Assembly (NCBI GenBank): GCA_949358305.1
Contig: OX442314.1
Location: 8,618,001 to 8,682,000 of the forward strand
Source of the DNA: Strigamia acuminata
Lineage: Eukaryota
Reading direction: 5' to 3'
DNA length: 64,000 bases
In this document: one piece after another, positions 63,752-64,000 of the stretch
Numbering within the stretch: the stretch's first letter is position 1
How the letters are laid out: every line of letters starts with the position of its first letter
Notes under the pieces: generated by a model
Databases searched by the model: none
Told to the model about the DNA's origin: nothing
What the model saw: only the letters and a program-made list of their open reading frames with translations
Program-made: the position numbers and the translations under genes

Positions 63752-64000
63752 TTCCAACGGTGGAAGAATTGAACTGCGGTAGCGAATAGCGAAGGAAGAC
63801 TTTCTTGTTGAATGTCGGTGCTGTGGTAACGATGCGGCCGTTTATAAACGCATTTATTTATGCCCCTATCTGAATAATCTCTAATTGATTGCATTCAGTC
63901 GGATTTATGGGACACTAATAATTTTAATATTTTAATTAACTAAAATGAATAGAGTATCAATTAGAGAAGCAGATATTGAAGGCAATAAAGTATTTTTAGA

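Overview
This is eukaryotic, intron-containing, AT-rich DNA, probably from an arthropod (inferred from TTAGG-type repeats and an MBD-carrying Copia). Host genes: a 14-exon canonical poly(A) polymerase (47484-52869, +), a 4-exon F-type lectin with a type II membrane anchor (8000-8960, +), two inverted CSab defensin-like peptide genes not in the ORF track (4439-4668 +; 63463-63751 -), and four C2H2 zinc-finger paralogs. The zinc-finger genes sit in a repeated cassette downstream of a Mutator (MULE) transposase-derived ORF whose catalytic D and E are substituted; the cassette occurs at least five times, in both orientations. Three young LTR elements occupy about 28 kb. (i) A Gypsy element (9159-27919, -) has a -1 frameshift site and an extra non-env ORF that appears to be spliced. 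(ii) An intact Copia element with a methyl-CpG-binding domain (18496-24736, -) is nested in that Gypsy's gag. (iii) A gag/pol-less element with 1.9-kb LTRs (31389-40835, +) splits a zinc-finger gene and carries an orphan ORF of about 495 aa with its own promoter-like motifs and a candidate eIF4E-binding motif. Also present are an IS3EU-like foldback element, a CACTG-ended element, several MITEs, a DINE-1/Helentron-like insert, a LINE endonuclease fragment and tandem repeats. All calls are from reading the sequence; no searches were run.
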